Notes under the pieces: generated by a model
Seen by the model: only the letters and a program-made list of their open reading frames with translations
Told to the model about the DNA's origin: nothing
The model's database searches: none
In this document: piece by piece, positions 58,312 through 64,000 of the stretch
Layout: the number at the start of each line of letters is the position of its first letter
How positions within the stretch are numbered: the first letter of the stretch is position 1
Translations under genes and position numbers: made by a program
DNA from: Antechinus flavipes
Lineage: Eukaryota
Direction of reading: 5' to 3'
DNA: 64,000 nucleotides
Assembly (NCBI RefSeq): GCF_016432865.1
Contig: NC_067400.1
Location: 624,216,001 to 624,280,000 of the forward strand

Positions 58312-61300
58312 TCAGAACTTAGAGGGCCCTGCTTGCGGCTCCTGCGCCGACTCGTGAATGGAGGATATCACGGGGAGCTCGGGGTACAGACTTTTGGGCA
58401 GTGGGGACACGGCGGACTTCTTGAACTTCTTGAGACACTTGAACATGCCGACCAGGATGGGCAGGAAGGTCACGAAGGCCAAGCTAAAGCCCAGGATGAT
58501 GGCCCACGTTGGGTAGAAGAGCTGCGCCTTTGTGCCCTACGAAGGCAGACATGGAGACAATCACTCAGGGGTCCTGTGGGCCAAGACTGGGCCATGAAGC
58601 CATTGGGTCTGGATGGGGGCTCAGAAAGAAGGGCTTCTGGGAAGGGGAGGTGAGGCACATGGGACCCCCGGGGTGGGGGATGGGGAAAGCACGTGTCTGT
58701 GTCCTCAGAGGGGGCTGGGGACCCTGGGAGCTCACAGTGTGCTTGTCCCAGGATTGGTAGGTGTGATCCTTCAGCACCAGATCTATCATGCTGCACACAG
58801 TCAGGATCACTATCCCCAGCAAGGTGAAGAAGCGCATCAGGTAATCATGCATGAGGCTGACCCTGAAGCCTATGATGTCCTGTATTTCATTGAAGAACCT
58901 GCGGGTCAAGCACAGGATGCTGAGGCAGGAAACTCCTGAAGCCCGGGTCCGGGATGGGGGGCAGTCGGGGCTCCTCTCGTCTCCCCAGACCCCCCCAGCC
59001 TGCTTCCCCCTGGCCCTGAAGGCCCAGGTCTCCCAGCTTCACCCTTCTTTGGGGATCTCCCAAAGTCTCTGTGGCCCCTCCACGCTGTCCCGGAGTCTCC
59101 CAAGACCTCCCTCGGTACCCCGGGCCATCGTGGCTCCCAGTCACCTCTTAGCCCCGTAGAACCAGGCCACGCTAACGTTCTCAAAGAGGACCACGACAAA
59201 GAGAATCACGGAAACCACGAAGTCATCGAAGATGGTCAGGAGGTAGAAGCCAGAGCGCTGGGTGAAGAGGAGGCTGACCAGGAAGCCCAGGCAGCTGATG
59301 CTCACTGATGGGTAAGAGGGAGCCCTGTCACGTGTCTGGGTGACCCAGTGGGCAAAGATGAGGGAAGATGGGGGAGTGGGGTCCAGCCGGGCGTCAGGAA
59401 AAGGGTCAGTGGGATGGGACTGCAGAGCCAGGGTCTCAGGGAGGCTCACTCTTTTTAAATTCTCCCCTCTCTTCTACACCCATCTCATCTTACCACCCTA
59501 CTGGCCCAGAGTCTCCTCCTCCAATCCAGCCTCAGATGACATCATCCCCATCTCTGATGACATCATCCCCATCCTCTCCTCCAATCCAGCCTCAGATGAC
59601 ATCATCCCCATCTCTGATGACATCATTCCCATCCTCTCTTCCAATCCAGCCTCAGATGACATCATTCCCATCCTCTCCTCCAATCCAGCCTCAGATGACA
59701 TCATCCTCATCTCTGATGACATCATCCCCATCCTCTCCTCTTCCAATCCAGGCTCAGATGACATCGTCCCCATCATCTCCTCCTCCAATCCAGCCTCAGA
59801 TGACATCATCTTTATCCTCTCCTCCAATCCAACCTTAGATGACATCATCCTCATCTCTGATGACATCATCCCCATCCTCTCCTCCAATCCAGCCTCAGAT
59901 GACATCATCCCCATCTCTGATGACATCATCCCCATCCTCTCTTCCAATCCAGCCTCAGATGACATCATTCCCATCCTCTCCTCCAATCCAGCCTCAGATG
60001 ACATCATCGCCATCCTCTCCTCCAATTCAGCCTCAGATAACATCATCCTCATCTCTGATGACATCATCCCCATCCTCTCCTCCAATCCAGCCTCAGATAA
60101 CATCATCCTCATCTATGATGACATCATCCCCATCATCTCCTCCTCCAATCCAGCCTCAGATGACATCATCTTTATCCTCTCCTCCAATCCAACCTTAGAT
60201 GACATCATCCCCATCTCTGATGACATCATCCCCATCCTCTCTTCCAATCCAGCCTCAGATGACATCATTCCCATCCTCTCCTCCAATCCAGCCTCAGATG
60301 ACATCATCCCCATCCTCTCCTCCAATCCAGCCTCAGATAACATCATCCTCATCTCTGATGACATCATCCCCATCCTCTCCTCTTCCAATCCAGGCTCAGA
60401 TGACATCGTCCCCATCATCTCCCCCTCCAATCCAGCCTCAGATGACATCATCTTTATCCTCTCCTCCAATCCAACCTTAGATGACATCATCCCCATCTCT
60501 GATGACATCATCCCCATCCTCTCCTCCAATCCAGCCCAATGACTTGGTGACCTTCCTTGTCCCCAGGGATTCCGGCTCTCAACCCCATCCTTCCCAAAGT
60601 TCCAAACCAGCCCTGATGCTCCTCCATCTCACTCCCACTGGCCCTCCTGGATCCCCGAATTTGGAGACCGCTGCCCAATCCTGGCTCCGTCTTTGGGAGA
60701 GTGAATTGTCCCTAATTTTGAGAAGACATTGGCTGCAGGGGGATTGACACGTTGGCGGGGGAGAGAGCTGAGTTTGGCCCAGAAGATTCCTCCCTTGGCA
60801 TTCTAACTCGCCGCACTCCTTTTGCTGAGACTGGGCTAAGACACCTACTTTTTGCTTTGGAGAAGTGGAGCATTTCAAATGTAAGGATGTCTCTGAGGGT
60901 GGGCAGCTAGGTGGCGCTGCAGTGGATAGAACGCTGACCTTGAAATTGGGAAAACTCATCTTCATGAGTTCGGATTCATCCCTTCCCCTGACTCCTTTCC
61001 GCCATCACCCAGGGTCTCACTCTCTGGGCCATCCTTGACTCCTCGTTCTCACCCACCCCCACGGCAATTCTCCCGGCTGACTCCTAGCCATTCTCCTAAT
61101 TCAGACCTTCATCGCCCCCTGCCTTAAGTGTCATGGTCGCCTCCTCAAGGCCTCCTTGCCACAGATATTCCTTCAGCCTCCACTCACTTGTCAAAGGGGT
61201 ATGCATACAGGTGTGCAAAGGGCCAGCCTGCCCAGCTGAGGGCGTCATCTTGGAAGTGGGGTATTTTGGGCCCTGAGAGGCAATGGGGAGCTATGGAAGG

Positions 61301-63970
61301 TTTTGGAGCAGGAGAATGACCTGCTCAAGTCTGACCAGTCAAGTCTGAGAATGACTTGGACAAGTCCAGAGTCCAGGCATTTGCAGGGGCTGCGCCCCCT
61401 GCCCGGCGTGCTCTGGCTTCCTCTGGGCTCAGCGAAGGGGCCTCCCGCCAGCAGCTTTTCCAGACCCCCCTTCCCCCTTACTCCTGCCTGCACATGGCTT
61501 CCCTGGTAGAATTATAGGCTCCCAGAGAGCGGGGATTGCTTAAGGATCGTCCTTGTTTCCCGGCGCCTGGCACAGGGCCCACGTGGCGCAGGGTGGGGGT
61601 TTCCTCCATGCTGGGTGGATTGAACAGAACCAGGGTTGGAGGTCAGGGGTCAAGGTGGAACGTGGCACCTACTCGTGACGGTCCAAGAGGAGCTTCGAAG
61701 GCAGGGGAAGGTGTCCTGGAGGGGGACCCGGATGGCCTGCATCAGCGCCAGGGAAGTCGTCAGCCCCAGGCTGACGATCATCAGGAAGAAGATGACCGAC
61801 CAGATGGGGGTCGAGGAGAAGTGGGCTATGGCCTCGGCGAAGGCCACAAAGATCAGGGCGGGGCCTTCCTTGTTCTGTGGGCAGGGGAAGGCTGTGATGT
61901 CCAGACTGGTCCCTGGCACCCCCGCTGCCCCCCATTGGGGCACGAATGAGTGTGGTGGGGGCCCCCTCCCTCAGGAACCCCCCCAAGCCCCGGCCCCACC
62001 AACATATATGAGTTCCTTCTCCAAGTTGCAATCCGACACGTGCTCCAAAATCTTGTTCCTCAGGGGTGTCTCAAGTTTGTAGAGCCATATGGTGAATGTT
62101 TTGATTGGCTTGCTCTGCATTTCTGGGGGAGGGCTCGCCTCTGGGGGCAGCTTCCCCATTTTGACCAGCTGCTCCAATTTCACAGTGTTCCTGTTTGGGG
62201 GGAGGGGGTCACTGTCTGGCTTCCTCCGGCCCTTCCGCCTCCAGGAAGTGCCTCAAACTGGCAGAGCCAGGAGGGCCCGAATGGGCAGTCTCACCGACAG
62301 AAGGAATGGCAGGACGGGCTGGCGCTCGGGATGGGAGGGATGAGGCTGAAGGGGGGGTCAGCTGGTGGGGCTCCTCTCCCCGGCTCCCGGGCCAGACCAC
62401 CCCGAGTCCCTCCCCAGCCAGACCATCCAAAGTCCCCCCTTCCCCCAGACCACCCAGAGTCCCCCCCTCCCTGGCCAGACCACCTAGAGTCCTCCCCCCT
62501 CCCTGGCCAGATCACCCAGAGTCCCCCCCTCACTGGCCAGACCACCCAGAGCCCCCCCCAGACCACCCAGAGTCCCCCCCTCCCCCCAGACCACCCAGAG
62601 TCCCCCCCTCACTGGCCAGACCATCCAGAGTCCTCCCCCACCAGACCACCCAGAACCCCTCCCTCACCCTCCCTCCCCGGCCAGACCACCCAGAGTCCCC
62701 CCCAGACCACCCAGAGTCCCCCCCTCCCTGGCCAGACCACCCAGAGCCCCCCCCAGACCACCCAGAGTCCCCCCCTCCCCCCAGACCACCCAGAGTCCCC
62801 CCCTCCCTCACTGGCCAGACCATCCAGAGTCCTCCCCCGCCAGACCACCCAGAGTCCCCCCCTCACCCTCCCTCCCCCCCCAGACCACCCAGAGTCCCCC
62901 CCTCCCTGGCCAGACCACCCAGAGTCCCCCCCAGACCACCCAGAGTCCCCCCCTCCCCCCAGACCACCCAGAGTCCCGTGGCTCCCTCCCAGAGGCGGGG
63001 TCTCGTTTCCCAGTTCGGGGTCCCGGCCACGCACTGGATGCTGCACTGGCGGATGGTGACGGAGGCGCGGAAGCCCAGCATGCTGAACACCACCTGGGTG
63101 GCCAGCAGGCAGGCGGTCAGGCTGGCGAACACCAGGATGAAGGCGTCCTGGGCGCTGTTGCTGTCCTTGCTCGTGAAGGAGGCCAGGACCACGAGGGTGC
63201 CGAAGCCCAGCCCCAGATTGAAGAACACCTGCATCCCGGCCTCGTGCCACACCCTCGGGGACGCCATGGCCGAAAACTGCGGGGAGGGGGCGGGGAGAGG
63301 GGGGCTGAGGTCTGCGGGGAGGGCACGGGGGGCGGGGAGTCCGGGGCAATGTCTGCCAGGAGGGGGGGCAGGGGCAACCCCAGCTCGGCCCGTACCTCCC
63401 GGAGCCCCAGGCTCCAGAAGCACAGGGGCGGCAGGGTGCCAGCGGCCGAAGCTCCGGGAGCGAGCCCAGTCTCCACAGGGACGCAGGGGAAGGGGAAGCG
63501 GGTCCCCAGAGAGGGAGGCCCAGCCCAGCTGTCCCCGAATGCCTCCCGGAGGGCTTTCCAGGCTGGGGCGGGGGCTCTGTGCGCCCCCGGCCCGGGCTGC
63601 TCACCCTGGTGAACATCAAGTGGCGGAGGCCGTAGACGGAGCCTTCCAGCAGGAAGCTCCGGATGAGGAAGCAGAGCAGGATGACGAAGGGGACGGTCAC
63701 GGAGAAGTAGAGGATCTGGGGGCGGCAGGGGCCCGAGGTCAGCCGGGCCGCGCAGGGCGTCGGAGCTCGCCGCGCTTCGGCCCCAGCCCCTTACCTTCCC
63801 CTGGCACTTCAGGCCCTGAATGGAGAGGAGCGTGACCGCGAGCCAGACCACCAGGATGCACAGGCCGAGGCTGGGGACGAAGCCCTGGCTCTCCTCGATG
63901 CTGCTGGTGATCTCCAGGGTCCGACAGAACCAGAAATAGGCGGCCGGGCTGGTGCAGGCGCAGCCAAGAT
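58312..63970 (-). CDS. SLC6A16/SLC6A21-like (NTT5 subfamily) transporter, 3' eight exons; 5' part beyond the window
   Basis: Phase-consistent exons: 63795-63970 (PAAYFWFCRTL...GLKCQGK), 63605-63715, 63035-63276 (VWHEAGMQVFFNLGLGFG), 62004-62190 (NTVKLEQLVKMGKLPPEASPP, an NTT5-type loop), 61673-61874 (EGPALIFVAFAEAI...PLQDTF), 59145-59304 (FENVSVAWFYGAKR), 58736-58898 (TYQSWD), 58312-58536 (YPTWA...PSKF*). No stops or frameshifts seen. Confidence 0.9.
59510..60540. repeat. Minisatellite of 39-bp and 21-bp units (tccaatccagcctcagatgacatcatccccatcctctcc) in an SLC6 intron
   Basis: About 25 copies of ATGACATCAT. Unit lengths are multiples of three. Confidence 0.95.
62390..62980. repeat. C-rich minisatellite, unit ccagaccacccagagtcccccc, in an SLC6 intron
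   Basis: About 21 units, 15 of them with exact GACCACCCA. Confidence 0.95.
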
Positions 63971-64000
63971 CTAGGGGGGCAGGAGCGGAGTGAGGGGGGG

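Noticed and set aside
60900-60970. tRNA-like or CTCF-like sequence gggcagctaggtggcgc
   Set aside because: It is the tRNA-derived head of a MIR/WSINE-type SINE, not a tRNA gene. CTCF binding cannot be inferred from one mismatched motif.
62195-63835. 546-aa + strand ORF and similar long ORFs (9499-10599, 22663-23649, 61950-63059)
   Set aside because: These are shadow frames antisense to real exons or running through GC-rich repeats, with low-complexity P/G/R content and no splice or start support.

Overview
This is a GC-rich marsupial genomic segment, most likely dasyurid given its WSINE1-like SINEs and devil-type L1 3' ends, with two N gaps. It is syntenic to human 19q13.33 in reverse orientation. 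Gene order is: PTH2/TIP39 3' end (+), KASH5 (-), DKKL1 (-), about 5.5 kb with no intact TEAD2, CD37 (-), a 679-codon acidic repeat ORF (-), degraded SLC6A16-like exon relics (+), L1/L3/SINE debris, and the 3' part of an apparently intact SLC6A16/SLC6A21-like transporter (-). The most striking observation is a remodelled CD37 locus. A 2-kb repeat exon can splice in frame onto CD37, giving a tetraspanin of about 1020 aa with an N-terminal acidic tail of about 690 aa. The extracellular loop is about 50 aa longer than in human. A candidate alternative last exon would replace the tyrosine-containing tail. About twelve minisatellites are present, three of which reiterate known transcription factor motifs (GLI, RBPJ, JUN/ATF). 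All homology calls come from manual translation and remembered reference proteins. No searches were run.
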